Part shown: piece by piece, positions 11,885-24,099 of the stretch
Layout: every line of letters starts with the position of its first letter
Position numbering within the stretch: position 1 is the first letter of the stretch
NCBI RefSeq assembly: GCF_001194135.2
Contig: NC_068992.1
Coordinates: 29,021,728-29,069,048 of the forward strand
Direction of reading: 5' to 3'
Origin: Octopus bimaculoides
Lineage: Eukaryota
Length of the DNA stretch: 47,321 nt
Notes under the pieces: model-generated
The model's input: the letters and a program-made list of their open reading frames with translations, nothing else
What the model was told of the DNA's origin: nothing
Databases searched by the model: none
Position numbers and translations under genes: made by a program

Positions 11885-12620
11885 TTTCAATAGCTCGGGT
11901 AGACTATAAAAGGTCTTTGCTCGTCTTCCTCACAGCTGGATAGGGGAATGCTCAGAGATGTTCAAAATTTTACCAATAAGCACGAACATTTCATCTCATG
12001 CAATGAAGCTCTGAAAACAACATTAATTTTTAATACAGACACTACAAATATAAATTCTGGAGAAATCAATGTTAATTGTGGAATCTCTCAAAGAGACATT
12101 TTATTTACTTTGTTCTGTTTAGCACTATATTCTGTAAGTAAATTGAATGAAGAAAATTATGGATACAAGGTGTGTGGAAAACTATCAAGCATCTCTTCTC
12201 TATACGGACGAATTAAAAGTTTTTGCGGAAAAGGGTCAACAACTGCTAACGTTCCTTCACACAGTCAGACAATTTAGAGACGACATCAGAATTTGAGTTT
12301 GACAAATGCACTTAGGCTATACTTGTCCAGGGAAAAATTATCAAACACATGCAGCATCGTCCTAGATAGAGATACCGAAATAAAAGGATTAGAATCCGAG
12401 GGCAGTTATGAGTATCTAGGTGACTGTGAAGGAGATGGATTTAAGTACTTACTATTGAGAGAAAAGATAAGAAAGAAATACTATCGTAGAGTAAAAGATA
12501 TTCTGAAAATCGAGTTGAATGCAAAAAAAAAAAAATAATAATGAGGCCATAAACAGGTTAGCCATGCCTGTAACCAACAAAGTCGGCCAGAAAGCTACCA
12601 TTGGTTTCGCGTCTGCTATT
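11885..12620 (+). mobile_element. R4/Dong-like LINE RT fragment
   Basis: SIARVDYK, GISQRDILFTLFCLAL (decayed GIFQGDSLSP), SYEYLG, KIRKKYYRRVKDILKIELNAK. Confidence 0.8.
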
Positions 12621-12989
12621 GTCACTTGGCAATATAGGCAACACCCGAGAGCTGCTGGTTGGAGGAACATTACCTCTTTCCTAATCGATTATTGGGGAAA
12701 AAAGAAACCGAAATACACACACACACACACACGCACATTCGCACGCCTGCACACACACGTGTACACAAACACACACACATGCACACTCACACACAAACAC
12801 ACACACATGCACACTCACACACAAACACACACACGTACATGGTGATTGTTCTATCTTCACAGACGATTGTGCTTATGAATGCTTTCAAATGCCAGTTCGT
12901 GAAATATTTTCCCATTTTATAAGCTGTCGGTGAATAGTCACGCTAAACAAGATTAAGTAAAAAAGACAAAACGAAACGAAAAAAATTGC

Positions 12990-15190
12990 TTTAATGTTAA
13001 AAGTTAACGATGAGGTTACTGGAAAGCAAGTTGCTGTATGATGTCAATTGCTGGGCAGTTAAGACCTTCCTATACACAGCTGCTGTTACTCTTAAAGATG
13101 AAACCTGAAGTACTCGTGTTAAAGAAAATAATAAATAGAAGCAACCCAGGTGGACAACAAAATCTGAAGAAAATATCAAGCGCTGGCATTCTGCATGATT
13201 AACCTTGCGGATAAAATGTGCAGAGAATAATGAATTCACGACTCATTAGTTATTCCTATGCAAAAAATAACAAACCTTTATTGTGATGCTTCATGTTAAG
13301 TTCTCGAGAGAAAGTTAATTATTTTAAAGCATGAACTCAGGGTGCTGGGGGAAAAATTTCGTCTTGTTTAAAAATATTCAAGCGAGCCAGTATAAATAAC
13401 ATGTTTCCAATCTACAAGCATAAACGCTTGTACGAGAAAAGGGGAAGAAGAATATTACTGTTAAGAAAGATCCTTCTAAAAAAAGATCATGAATCATTCT
13501 TATCTAAGATCTACAACGATATAAGAAATTTCAACCAGAATACATCGTGGTTAAATACAGTTAGGTAAATACTGTACTGACATCCACAGTAAATCATACA
13601 CAACTGACTGAAACTTTCCCTTTAGCTGTAGGCAAACTACATAATGGGAAAGCACCTGCAAGAGACCTAATAGTTGGATTCTGATGTAAGAGATTAGCCT
13701 TCTACAGAAAGCCATTAATATATTTATTTAAAAGAAACATGGAAGGACAAATTGATATGCCAAACTGGTTTGCTATATATATAGATGAATCGTGTAGCCA
13801 ACAATGGAATCACTGAGTTGGCAGAAAACTATAGTCTCCTTTCTTGCCTAAACATTACATATTAACTTTACATAGGTAGTTTTAACCAACACCTCGAGGA
13901 TCATTGTGAGTCCAAAAGCCAAGTAACTGATGAGCAAGCAGGTGGAAAGAAGGGAGTGTGGGGATGTGCTGAACAAAATTTGATAAACAAAGCTGTGCTG
14001 TCCGAAATGATAATAAAAAAAGAACAATCATGAAATCACCTTGTGACTTCATGGCCTGGTTAAATGAAAGCATTTGGCTCATGGTTACTGAAGCCACTCA
14101 TGGTTGTTGGAGTATCTGCATTTGACAAAAGTACCTGCTACCTTAGTCTCTGCGATTGAGAGATTCACACAGACCTGGGAAAGAATCCTCACGAAACTTA
14201 AAGCAAAACTATTGTCTCCGGTGCCATAAATATTCCAAAGGGAATGTGTCAAGAAGATAGTCTTGTTTACAACCCTACCCCCCAAAAACTATAAAAACCG
14301 CTGGAGTTAATGACTACATTTAAAGCTGACGTAGGAATGGAATTTGACCTAAACAAATGACTGTATTTGATTGTTGAACGTGAGAAATCAGTACCCCAAA
14401 CTCAGAAGATGTGCATCGACTGTCTCTTTCTCCCTCATATGTTGATTACAAAGAATGCTACAAATACATAGGCATTGATGAAGACAAAACATATGAAGGT
14501 GCTGTGAGTGAAGACAGAGTAACACGAGAATATTACATCCAGCTTAAAACGTATGGCAATATACCACAATGCATTCGCAGTACCAGTACTGATAATAGCA
14601 TTTGGGATACTTGATTGGTCTGTACAGGAAACCCACTCCATAGACATTAAAACCTGAAAGATCCTGGCATCAACTGGAATCTTTCACAGAAACAGTGATA
14701 TTGACAGGCTGTATCTAAGAAGAAATGAAAGAGGTCGAAACTTGAGATCAGTGCAGACATGCAGACAACATTTGAATGTCGTATAATATCTCTGGGATAG
14801 TATCTGCAAAAGCAACAGTAGCATAAATAAATACATAAACCTTGTGCTGAAAAGCGAAGAGAACAACATCTTATGTGTCGGCAGTGAGCTCCTCTTTCCG
14901 ACGTTTTCAGACAGAACCATCAGACAGTTGGACTAACATACCCGAAAGAAGGCCTGGATGTGATGTGAATTGTTCAGCATACCAAAAAACAAAAACAAAA
15001 AAACAAAAACAACATCAACAAAAAAAGCAAAATGTGCATGGATGTTTCATGAAGACTTGAAGAAAACGTAATATCGATATGAAGTTAAGTTTCTTCTAGT
15101 GGTTCCGCTGCAGACAAAAAGTGAAATTAAAAGTGCTATCATGAACAAGAACTACCAGTGACGGCACAGGATATAAGAATAGAAGCTGTA
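12990..15190 (+). mobile_element. R4/Dong-like LINE relic (N-terminus through post-RT)
   Basis: FLYTAAVT...QPRW, KAP.RDLIVGF, EQAGGKKGVWGCAEQ, NFHRNSDIDRLYLRRNERGR. Confidence 0.75.
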
Positions 15191-15254
15191 CGTGATGAGT
15201 TTATGACCAAAATAAAAGAAGCTTTAAAAAATAAACGGAATGAAAATTCAGATG

Positions 15255-15756
15255 CCAATAGTTTTTAAATTTGCGACGATATATTGATGTATGCCCAAAG
15301 AGTGGTGGTTCCAACTACATTATAAAAAGGTGTATTGCAACATTTTCACAGCGGACACCCAGGAATGGCGAGGATGAAGGCTCTGATGAGGAGTTATGTC
15401 TATTGGCCGTCCATGGACCGTCCATGGACCGAGGTATCGATAACTTGGTGAGAACGTGCCGAGGTTGCGCGCCCGCGGCCAAAGCCCCGCCGGTAAAATA
15501 TCAATCGGAGCCAAAGACGGAGAACCCATGGTCTAGATCATACATTGACTATGCGGTGAACATAAGAGGCATATAAACTAACTAAGGAAAAGCATATCCA
15601 AGATCACGGAGAAATTCCCATGGAAGTATTCTGTGAAATATTCTATGTACCAGTACCAAAAGTAATAGTCCCGTAGAACCAGGATGTGAAAAAAAAAAAA
15701 AAAACAGAAACCGAATACCTTGAAATAATGCCCAAACGAAAGAGATACTAATGTAT

Positions 15757-15814
<58 letters not shown>

Positions 15815-15874
15815 GCATATATACAAAAATAAAATTATTTATTCCTTTGGAACACGGAATCTCAAAAGGAGAGA
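15255..15874 (+). mobile_element. Gypsy/Ty3 LTR retrotransposon integrase fragment and polypurine tract
   Basis: RVVVP...LQHFHSGHPGMARMKALMRSYVYWPSMDRGIDNLVRTCRGC (HHCC zinc finger) ...PWSRSYIDYA. PPT AAAAGGAGAGA at 15864-15874. Confidence 0.85.
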
Positions 15875-16118
15875 TGTTGTGCGAGAGTACGACCACTACA
15901 TATAAATAGTCGCTGTCTGAATAAGTGAGGCAGTTCGTGCAAGTTCCACAGTTTGTGTGTTGATAGTTGAAAGCTGGAGTCTAAAGTTAACAGTTCGAGT
16001 TAGCGTGTTGAATTGTTGGTTTTTTAAAGATTTTTGTTACGTTACGTGTGGTTACTGCCGTTTGTTTTGATTATATTGTTATTACACTGTTGCAGTGTAT
16101 TCATTTATCCATAAGGAT

Positions 16119-16124
<6 letters not shown>
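15875..16124 (+). mobile_element. Putative 3' LTR (250 bp)
   Basis: Starts TGTTG directly after the PPT, contains TATAAATA, ends GTAACA. Confidence 0.6.
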
Positions 16125-16199
<75 letters not shown>

Positions 16200-16212
16200 G
16201 CACATGAGCACA

Positions 16213-16886
16213 TGAGGGGTGTTCATTAAAGATATCCCCTGACCCACTTCCGGTTATCGCAGGAAATGGAACTTGTACAGATATAATCCTACATATGTGT
16301 TGGGGTGAAATCCTGACACCCCAGTGGGATAGCAAGTGAGAAGCTTTGGACGTTATAAAAGCACATGCATGCTGAAAGTGAGACGTACAGCGTGGAGTCT
16401 GCAGTCGCATTTGTGAAGGCAGTCATAGAAGTCGTTGAGAAGAGATATGTTTGTTACATGTTTGTTACTGTTTTAGTTTTGGTAGTGTTATAACACTATT
16501 ACAATGTACTCTATATCCAAATTCAAGGATATAAGAATATCTCTACATGTCATATTGTAAATTGCAGCTTTCCATTAGTATTCGTTTGTCTTTTACGGCT
16601 GCTGAAGTGGGCTAAGGTGCTATAATGGAGGCAGTTGAATGCAGATCAGTGATCAAGTTCTTATACTTGAAAGGTACACCAAAAGAGACTTTCGATCAGA
16701 TGAAAGAAGTTTATGGTGGCGATGCACCATAATAGGACGTAGTCTAGTACTGGCATCATTAGTTCAAATATAGTCGGACATCAGTGGAAACTGCTCTTAT
16801 CTCTGGACAGCCACATTCTGCCATTGATGATAACATCCATAAAGTGTAAGAGGATACCCGCATAACTATTCGGCAACTAGATCAAG
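16213..16886 (+). mobile_element. Mariner transposon 5' part (pseudogenised transposase N-terminus)
   Basis: From ATG 16625: MEAVECRSVIKFLYLKGTPKETFDQMKEVYGGDAP..., with stops. TIR-like GAGGGGTGTTCA at the start. Confidence 0.8.
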
Positions 16887-16924
16887 AAGTGAACATATAT
16901 ATATATATAAATATATATATATAT

Positions 16925-17140
16925 ACTCTTTTACTCTTTTACTTGTTTCAGTCATTTGACTGCGGCCATGCTGGAGCACCGCCTTTAGTCGAGCAAATCG
17001 ACCCCGGGACTTATTCTTTGTAAGCCTAGTACTTATTCTATCGGTCTCTTTTGTCGAACCGCTAAGTGACGGGGACATAAACATACCAGCATCGGTTGTC
17101 AAGCAATGCTAGGGGGACAAACACAGACACACAAACACAT

Positions 17141-17173
<33 letters not shown>

Positions 17174-17346
17174 CATATATACGACGGGCTTCTTTCAGTA
17201 TCCGTCTTCCAAAACCACTCACAAGGCTTTGGTCGGTCCGAGGCTATAATAGAAGACACTTGCCCAAGATGCCACGCAGTGGGACTGAACCCGGAACCAT
17301 GTGGTTGGTAAGCAAGCTACCTACCAGATAGCCACTCCTGCGCCTA
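16925..17346 (-). mobile_element. tRNA-derived SINE (full length, internal microsatellite)
   Basis: Minus-strand head TAGGCGCAGGAGTGGCT...GGTTCCGGGTTCAGTCCC (B-box-like); tail ...CCAGCATGGCCGCAGTC...GAAACAAGTAAAAGAG. Confidence 0.85.
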
Positions 17347-17352
17347 TACATA

Positions 17353-17473
17353 TATTTATATAAGGGCATTACTATACAAGAATGCCTCACGCTATGAGGG
17401 ACTCTAAGGTCAGACTATCATAATAAACACATAGCGTGAGGCATTCTTGTATAGTAATACCCTTATATAAATA
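17353..17473. mobile_element. Small MITE-like hairpin with about 44-bp TIRs
   Basis: TATTTATATAAGGGCATTACTATACAAGAATGCCTCACGCTATG and its reverse complement (1 mismatch) around a 33-bp spacer, in TA context. Confidence 0.75.
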
Positions 17474-18191
17474 AATATATTTTGGGGAATAAATGATGGA
17501 TTTTTTCCCTTATGAGGTTTTTTTCACGCTAGCTACTTGATAAATTCTTGTAAAAGAATTCATCCTATTATATTATATATATANNNNNNNNNNNNNNNNN
17601 NNNNNNNNNNNNNNNNNNNNNNNNNNNNNNNNNNNNNNNNNNNNNNNNNNNNNNNNNNNNNNNNNNNNNNNNNNNNNNNNNNNNNNNNNNNNNNNNNNNN
17701 NNNNNNNNNNNNNAAAAGAATACGCGCGCGCACACACGTTTATATATTGCTGTCAGTTAATATTTTAAAAATTAAAGGACTGATAAATTTTGGGATTGTT
17801 ATGCCAAGTCATAACGTAGCTGATAAAAATGGTTTATTGGACTACTATAATTAATGCTATTACTATATTATCTGGATGATAAAACTATGTTTCATTAGGA
17901 AGGTGGACTTAATAGAAAGTTTAAAATCTTAAGAGCAGGAGATTGCTATGAAATGCCTCACGAATAAAAAAGGCAGGAAAGCCCTTGGCGTTCCAAATAC
18001 GACCGAAAATGTCGACTACGATACATTTTTGTGAAATACATCATAATCGAAAAGAACAGACTGACTTGGAATAAATATAAAGAGTCCACTTGTTATTGAA
18101 TAAACACATAAATAACAACACAGAAGAAGAACGGTTGAACATTCTCATTAAGACTTGTAATAAACGTAAATTGAACAAACGTAAACCAACT

Positions 18192-18328
18192 TTAAATTTA
18201 TATTTGGTGTTTTTTTTGTGATTGTTTTTGGGGTTTATGAAGGTACTGTGGGATTATCATTGTTAGTAAGATTTATTCGGTTACATGGTAATGGTTACGT
18301 GTTAAGGTTAAGGGTTTATCAATTATAG
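18192..18328 (+). pseudogene. ND4L: NUMT: mitochondrial ND4L 3' part
   Basis: Invertebrate mitochondrial code gives GVYEGTVGLSLLVSFIRLHGNGYVLSLSVYQL*; strong G/T skew. Confidence 0.75.
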
Positions 18329-18940
18329 GAATATTAGTGAGAATTATTATATTATTTTTTTTAAAGTTTTGAATTAAAATGGGAATTGCGTTTATGATTT
18401 ATAATAATTTTTAGGTCTATGAGATTGAAATATTTGAAAATTGATTTTAGAGGGGTGAGGGAATTTATAATTATTTTTTTGATAAAATATCTAGGGTTTT
18501 AATTTTATTAAGATTTTGGACGAGTGGTGGTTTAATAATATTGTCAAATTATAAGTCGGTGAAAAGAATGAATGATAAAGTGATATTTTTTCTTGTGTAT
18601 TATATTTTGTGGTGGTAATTTTTTTTTGGTGGGAAATTTAATATTCTATTTATTTTTTGAAATTTCATTGATTCCTACTTTGTTATTAATTTTAAGTTGG
18701 GGTTATCAGCCTGAGCGATAACAGGCTGGTACATATATACATTTATATATATATATATAAATGTTAGATGTGTTTATTATTATTAGGTTATCTGGAGGGA
18801 TGTTATAGGATGGCTATTATTAATTTATTATTTATGGGAAATGTTAGTGTGTATTGGGTTTTTGGTTTATTTTTGGCTTTTTAAGTAAAATTACCTATTT
18901 ATTTTTTTCATTTGTGGTTACCTAAAGCTCATGTAGAGGA
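18329..18940 (+). pseudogene. ND4: NUMT: mitochondrial ND4 5' part
   Basis: [27 protein letters not shown] and KLPIYFFHLWLPKAHVE; in-frame stop at 18719; directly follows ND4L. Confidence 0.9.
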
Positions 18941-19009
18941 GTTATGTAGAATGTATGTACCGTCATAGAGGTCATCTGCTTGGCTGATGTAAATATATCT
19001 TCGAAAATC

Positions 19010-19071
<62 letters not shown>

Positions 19072-19370
19072 NNNNNNNNNNNNNNNNNNNNNNNNNNNNN
19101 NNNNNNNNNNNNNNNNNNNNNNNNNNNNNNNNNNNNNNNNNNNNNNNNNNNNNNNNNNNNNNNNNNNNNNNNNNNNNNNNNNNNNNNNNNNNNNNNNNNN
19201 NNNNNNNNNNNNNNNNNNNNNNNNNNNNNNNNNNNNNNNNNNNNNNNNNNNNNNNNNNNNNNNNNNNNNNNNNNNNNNNNNNNNNNNNNNNNNNNNNNNN
19301 NNNNNNNNNNNNNNNNNNNNNNNNNNNNNNNNNNNNNNNNNNNNNNNNNNNNNNNNNNNNNNNNNNNNNN

Positions 19371-19411
<41 letters not shown>

Positions 19412-19714
19412 AGGTTAACTACGAAAATTACTCCAGCTTCTATATCCAGATTATAAATGGCTTTTTAGAAAAAGAAATGAAGCAAATAATACTCACAGTA
19501 CTAATACATTCTGTAAGCGGAACAGAAAAAATATGTAAATTCCTTTTCAAGTTCAAAATGTGACAATGTTTTTATCTTCATTTTAAAGACAAAACATTGT
19601 ATCTTTATAAGAAACCAGCTCTTTTCTTTGAGGAAGATTTCAAATAATTATGAATAGAAGAGAACATACACACTCTCACGCATGCATACACATTCAGACA
19701 CACACATTTATAAA

Positions 19715-19790
19715 TGTTCTGAGTTCAATTCGCACTGAAACCGATTTTACCTTTCATCCTTCCGAGACCGCTTACCTTGTGCATAGATAA
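19715..19790 (+). mobile_element. Decayed Deu/Nin-core SINE fragment
   Basis: GTTCTGAGTTCAATTC...ACCTTTCATCCTTCCGAG matches the 3991 family. Confidence 0.5.
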
Positions 19791-20639
19791 AAGTATAATT
19801 TATAGCTTTGCATTTAGCACCCAATAAAAAGCAGAGGTTTGTCGAGAAGCATACTCAATGAATTTCATGTATGAAAGGAGAAATTCCTCACAGTATAATG
19901 TAGTACAAAATTATACCCACAGACCCTGAAGAAACAATCATCCGAATGTCACACCGGAAATGTCGGTAAATGATCTTTTAAGTGAAAAGAGAGACATCAA
20001 TAGAAAACGCCAAGAAACACATATAGACTCTCAGAAGTAGTACTATTTCACCTAAAACACTGATTCCAGCAACAGCAAATTAAAAAATAGAAAGAATACA
20101 ATGAAGGCAGCACCTATAAAACATGTGCAATTTCCAACCAAACTTAATCTATAAATACATCTACAATCAATTTCATACAAAAGAACGCATAAACGAAGTA
20201 TATACAAACAAATACAAATGACAAAGAGACCATAAATTGTCTAGAAAATCAAATGGAATAAAATAAAAGAATTCAAGACAAAAAAATGTACTAAGATTGA
20301 GCAAACATGTCCAAAATAGAACTTACAAATGAGAACAAAGGAAAAAATGCAAATAAAGCAATAGAACAAACCTACCACAACTGAAAGGATAGAATAGATA
20401 TAAGTTATACAAATCACATATTCTAAGTTATAGCTAATATAATATGCAAACAGTAAGGAGAAAAGGAGAAAATAATAGACAAAGAAAGCAGTAGCCAGAC
20501 ATTGTGGGAAATTAAAATAGAGAAACAAATTAACCCAAACAAAACAAAACAATGAAAAACTTATCAATACTAACATAATTACAAAATCAGCAGAGAAGAA
20601 ATAAAAAAACAAACAAACATATATATAAGAAGCATAAAA

Positions 20640-21045
20640 TTAAAGAATAATACAGACCTACCGGAAATTAGGGAACATCTAAAATAACTAATTATCGCAA
20701 AAGCCACCAGATCAGAGGATTTGAAAAGAGACAGAAACAATTGCTACAAAATAAAATGTTTTGTGAAACCAGAGAGAAGTTCGACAGAGAACTCAATCAG
20801 AAAACGAATATCGTAAATAAAACAGATTTCTGTAAAGAAGGAAATTGAAAAGTTCTGAACAGATATATGAGAATAAATGAGAAAAAGAAAAAAAAAACCC
20901 GACAACCTTTAATAGAAAGAAGCCTAATGTACCATAAACCAAGAAACAACACAACTTTATAAATAACAAGGGGAAGCAATAACAGCTAAAGACAGCAAAG
21001 ACATTATTAATTGGCAAAGGAAACAGGAAAAGCCCAAGGAGTATA
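20640..21045 (+). mobile_element. R4/Dong-like LINE N-terminal fragment
   Basis: IIAKATR..RGFEKRQKQLLQNKMFCETREKFDRELNQK...EIEKF*TDI (frameshifted). Confidence 0.6.
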
Positions 21046-21099
21046 AAAAATTGAATATTCTTCTACATAGTTATGGCCATGTGATTAAGAAGCACGAAT

Positions 21100-21750
21100 G
21101 GAAATCACGTGATTACTCGTTCGATTTCACTGAGTGACACTTTTACTAAAGTGTTTGAGGAATCCAAGCTTTCTGCCAGAAGTTTTCAGTGATTTGGAGG
21201 AAGAAGTACCCTTGACATTTACAGGCTCTCGGGAACCGGTGAAATCGATGAAGTTAATGAACCTCTTGTATAACTGCAATGTGTCGGCTGCAGAAAAAAA
21301 AAACGTGGGAAGCGAGGGGATTCTAGAGAACTGACATTCAAAAGAGAAAAGAGTGAGCTAAATGGGTAGTGCGGTATGGTGCAGAGGATGCAATATGAGT
21401 AGCGAGAATAGGAGAGAGGAGTAAGTTGGAATGACATGAGTAGAAACGGCACAAAGCCTATCAAAACTTAAAATTATTGGTCGGAGTCTTTTGGGAAGCG
21501 ATTTAGAATGTAAATATGTGCTGTAACAGCATCGTCCTAGATCAGGGATCAATATTCAAATGTGGGTCTCACTTGAATTATGTATAGGCTTAGTATTTGT
21601 TGAGAGTGGATATACTTTTTGGTTCTGAAGAGCTGCTGATCTTTATGATATAGTTTTGTTAATTTGAGAATATGAGATCGTCATGATCGTCAAAAGAAAT
21701 CATGAATGCTAGTAAGGTCCAACTTTTGCAGCAAATTTGAAGGTTTGAGT
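21100..21750 (-). mobile_element. Decayed CR1/L2/Jockey-like LINE 3' fragment
   Basis: Minus strand LYIIQVRPTFEY*SLI*D resembles LYxxxVRPxLEYxSxxW, followed by HPLHH. Confidence 0.45.
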
Positions 21751-21999
21751 TGAGTTTTGTTTATTGTTCTTAGGTACTTTTATTTATTTATGTGTTTCAG
21801 CCAAGTGGCTGCGGTCATGCTGGTGCACCACCGTGAATATTTTGAATATTTCTTTTACCGAAATGTGTAATGATTGTGTTTTTGCGTTGCTGAAAGACAC
21901 GAAATTGACATGAACCCCTTGAGGAATGATTTATATATATATATATATATATATTCATGAAGTCATTACAGACATTCGGAAGACGTCGTCGGTAGGAGG

Positions 22000-23450
22000 A
22001 TACTTCAGCATGAAATTACAGCATTTACAGCAGCAACACAAAAACTAAATGGGTGTGGAAGCTGCTATGTGGTCGATCGATTTTCAGTCAATCACACTGA
22101 AATCTTCTGCATGATCGTCTAAGAAAAGAATGAGCTGGATGAGGCTATGTCAAAATCCTTTGTCTAGAAGTGGCTTCTAGATTTAGATTGGATAATTCCG
22201 AGTAAAGCAAAAATCCGAACATTAAAATTAATAATAAACGATCCCAAGAAAATACTTGATTAGTTAAAAGATGAACGGCGCTGTTATAAAATAGTAATAA
22301 GACAGAAAACTTCAAAGAAATCCAGAATCATTGATACATTTAAACAACATGCAATAATGGGGAAAGCAATTTATATCGAGTTAGGGGAAACGAGAAGCTA
22401 TAAATAGAGGAGAAAATGTTCAAAAATGAGCACGACGTGATACTCAAAGCCACCCAGGAAGAGAAAAATAAAACTAACGTCATCACGATACTTCTCGTCT
22501 GATTAATTTAAAATCTTGGACTCTACAACATAAAAGAGAGAATTAATTTATTAGGTGCATTATAGGGAATAGAAAACAAATGGGACAAACGGATCTAACG
22601 CAAAGGCGAAAAATATCAGAAACTTAGTAATTTACTGTGATATTCTTCAAAATGATACATTGTCTCCTATACTGAATGACACTTTCTCCCCTTAGTATCA
22701 TGCATATTCCTAAATGAAAGTATACGCAGGAAGCCACCTATTCTGTATGGATGAACAATAAATTTTTTCTAAATGATGCTTTCGTATATAATTATATGGA
22801 AAGATTACTTAAAACAGTGTAACTATTCAGTAAAGATGGAAAAGAATGAAATTTGGAACATGATTCCTGCCAGAACGGTATACAAAGATGCAAAATGTAT
22901 AAAGTAGGATGTCTGATTTGTAAAAGAATGAATAGGTCATTAAGCAAATTGAAACCACGGAAATATACTAAAACCTAGAAATGTTAGAAGCAGAGGAAAT
23001 CAAGCATAAAACGATGTAACAACGAAGCGTAGTTAATAGCAAGAAAGGAACAAAAGAGTTGTAATACATCCCAGAATAACACCTGTGTTGTTATTGAGCT
23101 TTAACATCATAATGTGGATGATAAGTATGAATTTAAAATTAAGATATTAGCACTAAAATGCTGGAATATATTGGTGAAAAAACAATAAAATGTCTACTGT
23201 CCTTATATAAAAGTGAATGAGGGAGTTAGCAGGCGATCTCTAAGTATTAGCATCAATCATTGAAATGGAAATAAATCTAACAAAAATAAGAAGCTACAAA
23301 CTATCAATACAACACAATGTTTACGTAGAATCTACAGTATACTTCAGAGCTATGTGAAACGGAATTGCCCCAGAAGCGACAGAAACGTATTTCATCGTTG
23401 TTGCGGCTTATCAATGTTACGTACTTTTGTCACTTTCAAAACAATGTCGA
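22000..23450 (+). mobile_element. Highly decayed R4/Dong-like LINE RT
   Basis: IYCDILQNDTLSP (GIFQGD region), a YMD-like motif near 22745, and a zinc-finger-like region near 23370. Confidence 0.55.
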
Positions 23451-23719
23451 ATCAGCTAGTTTGAAGTATATACAGACACTGGCATGCAAAGGCGACACAT
23501 ATGTAAAATAAATTATGTAATGGAAGCGGCTTTTAGTAAAAGCTCTTTCAATATAACATAATATATGTGTGTAGTTGAAGCACCAAGAGCTACGGTTTTT
23601 GCCCAAATTGTGTATAAATATAAAGCAAACAATATGCAATATTACGTTATCAAGAAAACAACTGTTTTAAAGCTTAAGTGAGACTAGAAGTAACACAGAA
23701 ACTTCGCGATAAAATCGTT

Positions 23720-23840
23720 CCTATTTCCGAGTTCGATGCCATTGCATAATGATTCGAGAAAGTTTCTTCTACTGTAGTCTCGTGTCAACCAATCCCTAGT
23801 AAGTGGGAATTGGTAGATGGTGATTGAGCGGAAATTTGTA
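23720..23840 (+). mobile_element. Decayed head of the 16925-17346 SINE family
   Basis: CCGAGTTCGATGCC...TTCTTCTACTGTAG...GAATTGGTAGATGG aligns loosely with the family head. Confidence 0.5.
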
Positions 23841-23844
23841 TACA

Positions 23845-23852
23845 CACACGTA

Positions 23853-23949
<97 letters not shown>

Positions 23950-23962
23950 ACACACACACACA
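23845..23962. repeat. (CA)n microsatellite
   Basis: Direct reading. Confidence 0.97.
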
Positions 23963-24099
23963 TGTAATCAGGAGGGACTGATGGGCAGTGCACATAGACC
24001 TTTGTAGGTACTTCAAGATTGGTGGGAGGTATCCTCAAACCGGAGACATCACCTGAATGCTTGCAATAGAATGGACCCTGTTAAACTGGGCAAAAAAGA

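Noticed and set aside
12997-13239. Minus ORF ...LRVTAAVYRKVL...LIVNF with faint ABCC-transporter resemblance
   Set aside because: The opposite strand matches the R4/Dong-like N-terminus (LYTAAVT...PRW), continuous with the LINE relic, and no splice support was seen.
15384-15392. CTGATGAG here and at about 13925
   Set aside because: Both lie within retroelement coding sequence (ALMR codons; LINE RT) and have no hammerhead stems.
17940-18030. AMKCLTNKKGRKALGVPNTT, HTH_psq/pogo-like
   Set aside because: Too short and degenerate to call without a profile search.
21220-21325. LSGTGEIDE...RKKKRGKRG resembling Merlin/IS1595 transposase
   Set aside because: Short, interrupted by a stop, and better explained as the antisense of the minus-strand LINE fragment.
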